In this document: positions 50,732 to 60,450 of the stretch, in pieces
How the letters are laid out: each line of letters starts with the position of its first letter
Numbering within the stretch: position 1 is the first letter of the stretch
Assembly (NCBI GenBank): GCA_963676395.1
Contig: OY781066.1
Location: forward strand, 1,632,001 to 1,696,000
Origin: a bacterium
GTDB lineage: Bacteria > Fidelibacterota > Fidelibacteria > Fidelibacterales > Fidelibacteraceae
Direction of reading: 5' to 3'
DNA length: 64,000 bases
Made by a program: the position numbers and the translations under genes
Notes under the pieces: generated by a model
The model's input: only the letters and a program-made list of their open reading frames with translations
What the model was told of the DNA's origin: nothing
Databases searched by the model: none

Positions 50732-50845
50732 TCATGAATAGATCTCTCCCACAGGCGCCGTGCGCTTGATCCGGCGTTTTTTTATTGCTTTCATTAGCGG
50801 AAATAGTAAATCAGTCTGAGGAGAGGGAAGTTTGATCATTTCCAT
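50732..50845 (-). pseudogene. Nitroreductase 5' fragment, copy 2, internally deleted
   Basis: MEMIKLPSPQTDLLFPLMKAIKKRRIKRTAP resembles the N-terminus of 42641-43243. Confidence 0.8.
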
Positions 50846-50983
50846 TATATGTGAATTTCTTGCTTTAGAAGCCAAAAATGGTTGGTAATAATGTTTTTCT
50901 CAACCCATCAACGAACAGAAAGAGAGGCGATCCTTTCGTCATTTCAAAAAGAATATTTTGTGTTTGTCCTTCTTTTTAAAAGA

Positions 50984-51943
50984 TCATGATGAAAATAATT
51001 GTTTATAATGCTTTCTGACAGTGTTTTGATATTTCTGCTTCCCGAGGTCTGATAAAAATGATTTGTCGATAAATTTTAACATCTCTTCTTCTTTTTCCCG
51101 ACTTTGTTCTATGATCGTATCTAAGATATTATCTTTAATATTCCAGCGTTTTCCCAATTCAATGAAATGCTTTATGGAGTATTCATAAGGTGTTGTTAAT
51201 AAATGATCCTTTGTTCGTTCCATTTCTTTAAAAAGGTTCATGGCTATTTGGGTGTCATCAATATGAAGTTTTGTGTTCATTAGATCATAAGAAGGGGAAA
51301 GGATCATATCGCCGTTTTGTGATTCAAGAAGTGAAATATTTTTCAAGTGGACATCACCATTTCCGGTCAAAAAATTGAAGATCAGTATTTTTATAAATTT
51401 AATTTTATCAAGTGGATTCAGGTTATGACCAACGTCTTCATACGTTGCGGAATTATACTTGTTAATTCCAGAATTGCTGATACTTAGTATAGACGTAAAA
51501 TCCTCCTGGCGCAACGGGTCGCCATTATTATCTCGGTCAAATCTGCGGGTTAGATACACCGGCTCGCCATCGGCAAAATACATGAAAGCACATTTTGCAG
51601 TATCAATATTGAATATTTGGTCAGCCATTTGCATCGTCAAGTGTTCATTGGCGGGAGAATCTAAATACAGATCCCATCTTGAATCGAGGAAAGGTTTAAC
51701 GATATACATCGATTCCAAATCAATATTCGGCATAAGTAATTTATTTTTATTTCTTCCTATAAACCCTTTTGCCTGAACGCCGGAAAGGCTAAATCCAGTC
51801 GGTCGGCCGATGTTTCGTTTTCTAATATCATTCCAATTAAAATCAAGCGTCACCGGAACTTTTGATCTGTCAAAAAGCTTGCTTTCACATGCTGAACAAA
51901 AGCCATCTACATTGTTTTTTAAACATCCATGACAATATGACAT
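50984..51943 (-). CDS. HipA-family kinase toxin (HipT-like)
   Basis: SLSGVQAK, PANEHLTM, YLTRRFDR, GNGDVHLKNISL and SPSYDL motifs. Confidence 0.92.
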   Translation of the reverse strand: MSYCHGCLKNNVDGFCSACESKLFDRSKVPVTLDFNWNDIRKRNIGRPTGFSLSGVQAKGFIGRNKNKLLMPNIDLESMYIVKPFLDSRWDLYLDSPANEHLTMQMADQIFNIDTAKCAFMYFADGEPVYLTRRFDRDNNGDPLRQEDFTSILSISNSGINKYNSATYEDVGHNLNPLDKIKFIKILIFNFLTGNGDVHLKNISLLESQNGDMILSPSYDLMNTKLHIDDTQIAMNLFKEMERTKDHLLTTPYEYSIKHFIELGKRWNIKDNILDTIIEQSREKEEEMLKFIDKSFLSDLGKQKYQNTVRKHYKQLFSS

Positions 51944-52266
51944 TAGTTTTCATCTTTCTTTATTGTAATTGCCCCTATTGTATCATGACCACACGTATTA
52001 ATCAATAAATTCCAATCATCATGAATATCAATTCCCAAGGCTTTACATTGCATTTGCCTGTTATAGCCCTCTGAAAGCATTGATTGAAAAAAAGGAAAAA
52101 GCTGTTTAGCATGATATGTTTTTTGAGATTTTGGTAAATTGATTGAAATAGGATAAAGTTCATTATTTCTTATAAAATCATCATCGTATTCAAAGTGATA
52201 ACCAGTTTCATCCCGCCATAATAAGCCGGCAAGATACTTGTCTTTATAAATGACTTTGGCTCTCAT
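51943..52266 (-). CDS. HipA N-terminal (Couple_hipA / HipS-like) protein
   Basis: AGLL....GYHFEY, ISINLP, LFPFFQSMLSEG and DTIGAITI motifs. Confidence 0.9.
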   Translation of the reverse strand: MRAKVIYKDKYLAGLLWRDETGYHFEYDDDFIRNNELYPISINLPKSQKTYHAKQLFPFFQSMLSEGYNRQMQCKALGIDIHDDWNLLINTCGHDTIGAITIKKDEN

Positions 52267-52471
52267 TATGCTTTCTTAACTCCAATTTGATCTCCAGATC
52301 CAGGTAATAGAATATTTCGTTAAGCGTTTCAAAAGAAGGATTTGCCTTCCCATTTTCGATAAGGGATAATGTTACAACCGTCAATCCGGTATAAGCGGCA
52401 AGTTCTTTTTGTGAGATGGATAAGACCTTCCGCCTTTCTCTAATCTTCTTTCCTAATTCTCGTTTGTTCAT
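52244..52471 (-). CDS. XRE-family HTH antitoxin/regulator (HipB-like)
   Basis: IRERRK.L.ISQKELA...IENGKANPS. Confidence 0.92.
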   Translation of the reverse strand: MNKRELGKKIRERRKVLSISQKELAAYTGLTVVTLSLIENGKANPSFETLNEIFYYLDLEIKLELRKHNESQSHL

Positions 52472-52477
52472 TGTGCC

Positions 52478-52684
52478 AGTTAAATTATAATTAAACTATT
52501 ATTACGAATATAATTGTTTGGGTGCTCTATGTCAATAATATTTAATTATAATTAAAATATTATATCAAACAACACTGTTTTGGTCTAAATGTTAATAATA
52601 TTAAAATATAATTAAACTATTATCGTAATAATGATGTTTGCCTGTAATATTGTGTGGAATATTAAAATATAATTAAAGTATTAT
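52478..52684. promoter_or_regulatory. Four near-palindromic operator-like sites with 60-61 bp period
   Basis: Cores A(T/A)TATAATTAAA centred at ~52488, 52549, 52609 and 52670. Confidence 0.7.
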
Positions 52685-52722
52685 AACATATTATATTCCC
52701 CATCCCAGGAATGCACGCACCG

Positions 52723-52904
52723 GCTCTTGGCGCGCTCGGTGGCCTCGTAAGTAATGCCGCAGGCCGCCCAGAGCAGATTACTTAGATCCTGCTCGCCGAC
52801 CGCCTCAGCGGCAAAACGTCGTTTTGTCCGGCGTTGGTTGATCGCTTGCATGAGGGGGAAGGTGAGGTTGGTTTGGGGCGGGGCAGAGACATAATATTTT
52901 TTAT
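52723..52904 (-). pseudogene. Nitroreductase 5' fragment, copy 3 (~60 codons, start lost, frameshifted)
   Basis: High nucleotide similarity to ~43060-43243, e.g. AGATCCTGCTC.CCGACCGCCTCAGCGGCAAAACG. Confidence 0.88.
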
Positions 52905-52986
52905 GAATGAGTTCCTTATTTTGTTACAAGAAAGAGAAGGGGTTTAAAATTGATGGTTGGAGAGTTAGGAGTCAGAGAAGTGATAT

Positions 52987-55900
52987 TTATTCCTCTCTTA
53001 TAAACTTCAATTCTGGTAAAACTATTCTAAACTCTTTATCCAATTTATCTTTATGCCAAAATATAATATAATTAACAAGAGCTTCTGAAAGCTTATAACC
53101 TTTGTTTTTGTAATCCTCGATTTTCTTTTTAAAGCTTCTTGAAAATTTTAGCACGCAATTTCCATCTTTATCTGAACAGCCATCATCATTAACTATAAGT
53201 TCATCACCACCTTTAAGCGTGGAAATATATTTCTGTCTTTTAATAAAATAATCTAACCAAATGTCTTTATGTGATAAATGTAATAGCAGAAGATTTGATG
53301 TTTCGTATGGGGTATCATCATACTTGCGTTCAATATTATTACAAGAATAATTGTCTAAATAATTCCCATTTAAATGAATGGTTAGATTTTCTTTTGCTCT
53401 AGTCATTGCGACATATAATTCTCTTTTGATAGCGTCAGTACGTGGAGAAATATTTCTTAGCATCAAAAACACATTATCAAATTCTTTACCCTTTGCTTTA
53501 TGGTTTGTTGAAACTAATATTGTTTCTCTAATGGTACTAATAAAATCCTCAAGCTTTGATTCTTTTACAAAGACCTCAAAATCGGATTTGAATTTCTTTT
53601 CCGGATTACTAAGTTCAAATGCTTTAATCAGATGAATACATATTTCAATTTTTGAGCTTTCTTTATAGTTATTCCATAGTTTTCTCTTAGCTGATTTCCA
53701 GTCCTCTGGGGATATCGTGTATTTGTCTTCCGAGAAATTAAGTTGATTAATAAAATATCTTACTTCAAGTATGTTGTGTAAACTAAACCAATCGTTGCTT
53801 TGGATTAATTTTGCTTTTATTCCTTTATTAAGTAATAGTCCCGTTATTTGTAAGGCTTCGGAATTCTCATGAGTTAATATGCACGTGCTCCCATTTAGGT
53901 CAGAGTTAAGTATGTCCATAATTACCGGTTTCGATAGATTTGGACTGGAATATTTTATTATCTTAAGTTTCCCGTTTTCACTTGAGTGAGGAATGATCGG
54001 ATTTGTTTTAAGTCGTTTTTGGATTCCCGTAGCAAACTGATTGGTAAATTCAACAAGGTTGGCCCTACTGCGATAATTTTCTATTAGCTCAATCTTTTTA
54101 GCATTTTGTTCAACAATGAATCTTTCAAGATATTCAGAACTAGCTCCCCTAAATTCATAAATATTTTGATCATCATCGCCAACAGCAATAACTCTCATTC
54201 CTTCATTTTTATCCATTAATATTTTAATTAACTCAAATTCATGCTTGTCCATGTCTTGGGCTTCATCAATTACCAAAACGGTTTTTGTAATTCGGTTTGA
54301 TTCAATATCTCCAGATCTGATTTTCTCAATCGTGTTTTTTATTATTGTTTCTGATTTCTCGATTGAACCGACCTTTCCTAGTAGATCAAAACAATATGAA
54401 TGAAAGGTTTTTATTTCAATATATGCTGCAGCATTTCCTATTAAAGTAAATAATCGTTTCTTGAACTCTGAGGCTGCTGCTCGTGAAAAAGTTACCATCA
54501 ATAATTGTTCGTGTTTAACATCTTCCATTAATAATAATGAAGCAAGCTTATGTACCAAAACTCTGGTTTTACCACTTCCGGGACCGGCTGTTACAGCAAT
54601 ATATGGAGAACTATTATCATTGATAATGCTGAGTTGTCTAGGGGATAACTCACCGAATAGTTGGCTGAATTTTTCAGGGGTGATATTTTGCTTTATTTCA
54701 TTTTGTCTGCTGCCCTTAAAATATTTATTTAGAAATGAAGAATAATTAAGTTGAAAATAATCTTCGACAAATTGTAGTGCCGATTTGTAATCCTGAATCA
54801 TTTTTTTTGCATATTCACCTACAATATGAATTTGCTGAACTCTCTGCTCATAGAATTGATTTAGTTTTTTATAATCTTCTGCCTTATATCTAACTTTATT
54901 GTCTTTTTCAAGTCGTTCAATTGTGAGTTTATTATATATGACTAAAAATCCACCTTCAATTTTTATAGCATCAATTCTTGAAAGATAGAAGAGGGCATCT
55001 TCAACATCCGAAATCGAAATTTGGAGTTTAAAAAGAGAGTTACTATTCTCATATTGTTGCTTTAATTCATGAACGGAAAACTCAACGTATAGGTATTCTT
55101 TGTTAGCATCCGATCTAGAAAGGTTTTGACTGCTTTTCCCATATAGATAATCGGTTATAAAGCGAGCTAAATCATGTCTTCTTTTTAATCTATTTCTTAA
55201 TTCATGTACCGGATAATTTGATACAACAGAAAGGTGGTTATTAGAAGTGTTACTTTGCTTTCTCTTAAGCCAGTTCTTAATCACCCAAAAGTTTATGATC
55301 GTTTTTAGCTTGTTAGGTGAAATATCTGTGCAGCCATTTTCTTCTGCCAATTCATTTAGCTCTTTAATGTGGAAAGATTTTTCCTCTTCATCAAATTGAG
55401 TTAATAAGAATTTCTCTATTTTGCTAATTGAATTAACAATTCTAAGTGATCGGTTTTTATTTTCTCCTTGCTTAATAAAAGCTGTCAAATCTTTTGTATC
55501 TGCTAATATTTTTTCTTCTCGTAATAAATTTATTGCATTGATCACATCTTCTTTTACAATGCCTAAATGGTCTGATATGTAGTCTACTCTCGATTCTGCC
55601 ACTTCGTCAGTAGCTTGTTTTCTGCTTTTACTGGAAAATAGTTTTTTTATAATTCTGACAGCATCTTGTCTTTGTTTGGTGTTGAACTTTTCCGACACAT
55701 TAATTTTGTCAATAGCCTCTTGAGCATTTTTTGTTAGAATACTATTAGCAAATATTCTAGGTGTATTTTGTCCGCGTTTTAGGTAACCTGACTCTTCTAA
55801 GGCTGAAATTGCAGTTGTCACTCTTGTCTCGATCTCAACGACATTATCATCCCATCCGGCTTTCCTTGCAATTTCCAGGGCTGAATTTGAAACACTTGAC

Positions 55901-57789
55901 CTGAATTTAGTTATTTCCTTAATAGCAACCCATATCTGCTGGATCTCCTTAATATTTAACTTAGTCTGGTTAAGTAATATGAAGTGCTTGCTAAGATCTT
56001 CCTCATTAAAAAGTACATAACAATCAGCTGATATTTTTTCATCCCTTCCAGCTCTGCCAGCTTCTTGGACATAGTTTTCAAGAGAATCAGATAATTCGTA
56101 ATGAATCACCATACCGACATCTTTTTTATCTACTCCCATACCAAATGCTGAAGTAGCAACCATGATATCAACATCGCCTCTAATAAATGCATCCTGATTT
56201 TCTGATTTCTCCTGCTTATCCATTTTACCATGATAGGGTTTTGCAGAATATCCATCCTTAGAAAGTTTTTCAGCAATTTGATAAGCTCTTTTAGTACGAG
56301 AAACATAAATAATGGTTGGACAGTTTTTCCCGTCAATGAGATTGCGTAGACTCTCATACTTATCTACTTCCGTAGCCTTAGGGATTACCTTGTAATGTAG
56401 ATTAGTACGGGAGGCATTTGAGCTAAAGATTTCTAGTTCTAAGTCTAATTTATCTTTAAAATAATCCTTAATATCTTGAATAACATTTTGCTTGGCAGTT
56501 GCTGTAAAACAAGAAACCGGAATCGGGTTTTTAAGTTTTTTCTTTTCTTGTAATGATTTTATGAAATCACCTATGTATAGATAATCAACTCTAAAATCTT
56601 GACCCCAAGCAGAAAAACAATGTGCCTCATCAATAATGAAACGTACAACATTTCTACCAAGTAATAAGCGCTCGATTGATCTTGATCTTAAAGATTCTGG
56701 TGAAATATAGAGAAGAGATGTTGTGCCATTTTCGACTCTTTCAAAAGATTTTCCTCTTTCGATGGGATCCAGCAAACCGTTTATTGTAACTGCTTCGGTG
56801 ATATTTGCTTTTTCTAAATTATCTACCTGATCTTTCATCAAAGATTGCAATGGAGATATGACAACAGTTAAGCCTTTAACATATTCACCACTCATTAACG
56901 CAGGGACTTGAAAGGCTAAAGATTTTCCACCGCCGGTTGGAAATACCGCAATTAAAGATTTATTTTTTATCGCTGCCTCAACGGCTTCTTTTTGTAGTTC
57001 TTTGCCGCCAAAACTTCTGTATGAAGAATATCCGAAGTAATTTTTTAATGCCATATCTGCATTAAGAAAACTGTTGCAATATCGGCATCCCCTCATGCAG
57101 GGATTATTTCTTAATAAATACATTATCCGTTCAATATCAGGATAATTCTTGATCACCCAGGGAGGTGTAATAGAGTATCGGCTATCAGTATTTATTAAGG
57201 CTAGAGAATAAGCTAATTCAACAGGATATTCTTTTATTGTTTTTCTTAATTGGAAATTTTGACAAATTTTATCAAAGAATTTATTCGTTATTAGATTTTC
57301 AATATTTCGGTTACCAGGAAAATATTCTACAACATCAAAGAAAGCTGAAAATTCCATTTTATCCTTGAGTAATGTATAATATATTTGTTTTAAGTCGTTG
57401 TCAAGTTTGTGAAATGCTTCGACCTCATCGCGGAAGAGAGCTCTTGCTTTTATAGCATCATTCAGAGGATTGTTTAGTTCTTCTGTTTGTAGTTTGTCGT
57501 CTTTTAAAAGTGCATGATATGGCTTTTTAGGAAATAGTAGTGGAGATAAAAATAAAGTATCAATGGCTTTTATTTTGGATACATTTATATCTGTTGCTTT
57601 TGCAATAAATTTCAAGTCATGATTAATGATGTTGTGCCCACAAATAAATTCATTTTGGTTAATAAATGCAAGAAGTACTGACATGGATTTAGAGTGGAAT
57701 TTCATTCCATCATTAGATACTCCACCTATATCAAGTATTTGTTGGCTTTTGGCTTCTACTTCGGTATCTATGAAGGCAATTTTTTTCAT
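52987..57789 (-). CDS. Large fusion protein: DEDD-like exonuclease domain + RecQ-family helicase + UvrD-like helicase
   Basis: IDTE/GHNI..HD; FPTGGGKS, DEAHC, ATSAFGMGVD, QEAGRAGRD; AGPGSGKT, DEAQD, VGDDDQNIY.FRGA, ENYRS, KGKEFD, YVAMTRA. Confidence 0.92.
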   Translation of the reverse strand: MKKIAFIDTEVEAKSQQILDIGGVSNDGMKFHSKSMSVLLAFINQNEFICGHNIINHDLKFIAKATDINVSKIKAIDTLFLSPLLFPKKPYHALLKDDKLQTEELNNPLNDAIKARALFRDEVEAFHKLDNDLKQIYYTLLKDKMEFSAFFDVVEYFPGNRNIENLITNKFFDKICQNFQLRKTIKEYPVELAYSLALINTDSRYSITPPWVIKNYPDIERIMYLLRNNPCMRGCRYCNSFLNADMALKNYFGYSSYRSFGGKELQKEAVEAAIKNKSLIAVFPTGGGKSLAFQVPALMSGEYVKGLTVVISPLQSLMKDQVDNLEKANITEAVTINGLLDPIERGKSFERVENGTTSLLYISPESLRSRSIERLLLGRNVVRFIIDEAHCFSAWGQDFRVDYLYIGDFIKSLQEKKKLKNPIPVSCFTATAKQNVIQDIKDYFKDKLDLELEIFSSNASRTNLHYKVIPKATEVDKYESLRNLIDGKNCPTIIYVSRTKRAYQIAEKLSKDGYSAKPYHGKMDKQEKSENQDAFIRGDVDIMVATSAFGMGVDKKDVGMVIHYELSDSLENYVQEAGRAGRDEKISADCYVLFNEEDLSKHFILLNQTKLNIKEIQQIWVAIKEITKFRSSVSNSALEIARKAGWDDNVVEIETRVTTAISALEESGYLKRGQNTPRIFANSILTKNAQEAIDKINVSEKFNTKQRQDAVRIIKKLFSSKSRKQATDEVAESRVDYISDHLGIVKEDVINAINLLREEKILADTKDLTAFIKQGENKNRSLRIVNSISKIEKFLLTQFDEEEKSFHIKELNELAEENGCTDISPNKLKTIINFWVIKNWLKRKQSNTSNNHLSVVSNYPVHELRNRLKRRHDLARFITDYLYGKSSQNLSRSDANKEYLYVEFSVHELKQQYENSNSLFKLQISISDVEDALFYLSRIDAIKIEGGFLVIYNKLTIERLEKDNKVRYKAEDYKKLNQFYEQRVQQIHIVGEYAKKMIQDYKSALQFVEDYFQLNYSSFLNKYFKGSRQNEIKQNITPEKFSQLFGELSPRQLSIINDNSSPYIAVTAGPGSGKTRVLVHKLASLLLMEDVKHEQLLMVTFSRAAASEFKKRLFTLIGNAAAYIEIKTFHSYCFDLLGKVGSIEKSETIIKNTIEKIRSGDIESNRITKTVLVIDEAQDMDKHEFELIKILMDKNEGMRVIAVGDDDQNIYEFRGASSEYLERFIVEQNAKKIELIENYRSRANLVEFTNQFATGIQKRLKTNPIIPHSSENGKLKIIKYSSPNLSKPVIMDILNSDLNGSTCILTHENSEALQITGLLLNKGIKAKLIQSNDWFSLHNILEVRYFINQLNFSEDKYTISPEDWKSAKRKLWNNYKESSKIEICIHLIKAFELSNPEKKFKSDFEVFVKESKLEDFISTIRETILVSTNHKAKGKEFDNVFLMLRNISPRTDAIKRELYVAMTRAKENLTIHLNGNYLDNYSCNNIERKYDDTPYETSNLLLLHLSHKDIWLDYFIKRQKYISTLKGGDELIVNDDGCSDKDGNCVLKFSRSFKKKIEDYKNKGYKLSEALVNYIIFWHKDKLDKEFRIVLPELKFIREE

Positions 57790-58082
57790 TAATTATTCGA
57801 TTCTTTTTATAAATATTCGATTTGCCTAGTGTGTGACTAAATATGTGTTTGTACTTTAGATTACCACTTCCCTTATAATTGTTATATAAATTACTGTAAA
57901 TATGTATTAACCGCAATTGATTATTTGCGCTTGAAAGAAGAGTATAGATTTAACTTAAATGGCTATCATTATATTAGTGAGTAGTGTTTAATGAGTTAGA
58001 ATTATTTTTAATATTTTTCATTAGAGTATGAAAGTTCATCGGTATTCGGTAATTGCCAAGAAATACTTGCCTGGCATTCGTG

Positions 58083-58583
58083 TTAAGATTTAATATGACG
58101 CTTTAATTTTTTAATGGCCCACTCATAATGCGAGCTGGTACTGGAAATACAGTAGGCGCCCAAGGAGGTGGATCCGGTCCATGAAAAGTGTTTTTTTACG
58201 AATAATTCTTCATCACTGAAAGAATCGATAAGCGCTATCACATCGGCATGACTTTGTGTGAGCTTTTTGATAGATTCATCCAAAGGTGTATGCTGATGTT
58301 TTTTCCATATTTCCACATTCATATCGGGATAGGTTTTCCAATTGTAAGGCTCAGGCAAGAAAGGTGAAACTGTCCCGCTTGTATTGTTTTTTACCCACTT
58401 GATCTGCAACAGGTGCCATTCGTAAAGATGAATAAGCACATCGCGCAGATTGCGATCTCTATCTTCAAAAGCAAAGCTTGCATTTTGCAATTCGGGACCC
58501 ATTGCATCGATGAGAGCAAAGAGCTTGTTAAAATTGTTTTCGGCGGCTGTGAGTAGTTCGGATTTGGATTTTGGGCGGGGCAT
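58083..58583 (-). CDS. ClbS/DfsB-family four-helix-bundle protein (DUF1706-like)
   Basis: MPRPKSK.ELL, RDVLIHLYEWH and SSHYEWA.KKLK motifs. Confidence 0.85.
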   Translation of the reverse strand: MPRPKSKSELLTAAENNFNKLFALIDAMGPELQNASFAFEDRDRNLRDVLIHLYEWHLLQIKWVKNNTSGTVSPFLPEPYNWKTYPDMNVEIWKKHQHTPLDESIKKLTQSHADVIALIDSFSDEELFVKKHFSWTGSTSLGAYCISSTSSHYEWAIKKLKRHIKS

Positions 58584-59076
58584 TGGATTACCTCAGTGTT
58601 TATTGTGATTTGTATGGCAATTTTACAATAAATTCAGTGAAAAAACCAAAGATTAAGTTTTTTAAGAGGGTTAACAGTTAACACGAATAAGGGACTTTAC
58701 TACTTCATTTTTTCTTTCTGTTTAAAAAGATATCTGGGTGTTCGAAATTAAAGCTTAATTAAGAATTAACCCACCTCCGGGGAAGGCTATGGCGGGCGGG
58801 GAACAATCGAACATTTGATTTAGCGTTGACGATTGCGCATTTCAATATTTCATTTTCATGAGTAGGTCTCTCCGCTACTTCGCCTTTCGGCGGATCCGGC
58901 CGAGATGACAGTCTGCTTCTCATTTCCTTTGATTTTTGTTGATTTTCTTCCTATGTTGATTTGAATATCAAATGTAAAATTGAATATTGAACAAGGATTA
59001 ACGATATTCGCTATTGGAAGTTGTCTTTCGACTTCATATATGGGTGTTCCTTGTTCGTATATAAAAAGAGAAGTCA

Positions 59077-60381
59077 ATGAATAAAATATCATCACGCAGA
59101 TTTGCCCACAAAATACTTTTAAAATGGTTTACCTCCGATCTCTATCTGGAGCATCTCATCGATTTTTCCGATGTGGATATGACCGCCCAAGATCGTCGCT
59201 TTGCCGAAGCGCTTATCCATCAGGTGATCATGCATCAGCGTATGCTCAGCTTTGTGTTGGGGAAATTCGTGGATAAAAAGCCTAAGAAGCCGGTGTGGGT
59301 TTTGCTGATGATGGGTACCTGTGAAATTCTATATATGGGCGTAAAAGATCATGCGGCGATCAACGAAACGGTCAAACTTGCCGCTAAAATAGATCAACGA
59401 AGCAAGGGCTTTGTGAATGCTGTGCTGAGAAAAGTAACGGACTACCGAAATGCCGACTGGGAAGGGGATCGCGTGGATCCACGAATTCAGGCGGGCATAC
59501 GCTTTAATTTACCCGATTGGCTGATCAAGCGCTGGAGTGTTCAATTTGGTTCAGAGACCATGGATCTGCTGGGTTCGCTCAATGAACGACCACGTAAAAT
59601 GGCGCGTATTGTAAAGACCAAAGAGAGGGTAAAAATTCTGGCTAGACTGGAAGAACTCGGCGTGCTGGAAGAAACGAGCACGTATCACAAAGATTTTGTT
59701 TTTATCCATTCTTGGCAACCACTTTTACATGATCCATTGTTCACCGAAGGCAAGATCATTGCCCAGGATGTCTCGGCGATTTTTCCAACACTCATGATCA
59801 CGCAAGATAATCCCGAATCCATCGCAGATGTCTGCTGCGCACCGGGTGGCAAGCTATCCGCCTTGGCTCAGTATACTTCGTATAAAACAATCCTACGTGG
59901 TTATGATCATAATCCACAGCGCCTGGAAGATACACAGGCGACCCTTGATCGTTTGGGTATGAAAAATGTTACGCTTAAGGCACGTGATGTGGCAACGGAA
60001 GAAATTCCGCTATTTTCACATATTCTTGTCGATGCGCCTTGCTCAGGATTTGGTGTGATCCGTAAACGCACCGACCTGCGCTGGCGACGAAAAGAAGAAG
60101 AAATGCCCGGTTTATTTAAAATTCAGCAAGACATTCTTAACAATATGAGTCAGTATGTCAAACCAGGTGGCTTATTGGTGTATTCAACTTGTACCTTCGA
60201 TAACGAAGAAAACCGCGGAACGATCAAAGAATTTTTAAGCAAACATACCGATTTTTCTATAGAACCGGCCAGTCCTAAGATTTCCCCCGAATCCCTTATC
60301 GGATGGAAGGGAGCGATCGAAAGTTTCCCGCATCAGCATTATTGTGAAGGATCGTTTGCAATTGCTTTGAGAAAACGTTAA
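59077..60381 (+). CDS. rsmB: 16S rRNA m5C methyltransferase RsmB/Sun with NusB-like N-terminus
   Basis: HAAINETV, FVNAVLR, DVCCAPGGK, VDAPCSGFG and YSTCT motifs. Confidence 0.9.
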   Translation: MNKISSRRFAHKILLKWFTSDLYLEHLIDFSDVDMTAQDRRFAEALIHQVIMHQRMLSFVLGKFVDKKPKKPVWVLLMMGTCEILYMGVKDHAAINETVKLAAKIDQRSKGFVNAVLRKVTDYRNADWEGDRVDPRIQAGIRFNLPDWLIKRWSVQFGSETMDLLGSLNERPRKMARIVKTKERVKILARLEELGVLEETSTYHKDFVFIHSWQPLLHDPLFTEGKIIAQDVSAIFPTLMITQDNPESIADVCCAPGGKLSALAQYTSYKTILRGYDHNPQRLEDTQATLDRLGMKNVTLKARDVATEEIPLFSHILVDAPCSGFGVIRKRTDLRWRRKEEEMPGLFKIQQDILNNMSQYVKPGGLLVYSTCTFDNEENRGTIKEFLSKHTDFSIEPASPKISPESLIGWKGAIESFPHQHYCEGSFAIALRKR

Positions 60382-60450
60382 ATTTCTTGCCACTTTGCGG
60401 ATTTCTTGGAAGATGTTAAATCCGCCTAATTAAGAATCCGAGGCAAAAGA

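Noticed and set aside
31339..58583. Classical integron
   Set aside because: No tyrosine recombinase gene, and no convincing RYYYAAC...GTTRRRY attC sites seen by eye; a formal scan is still needed.
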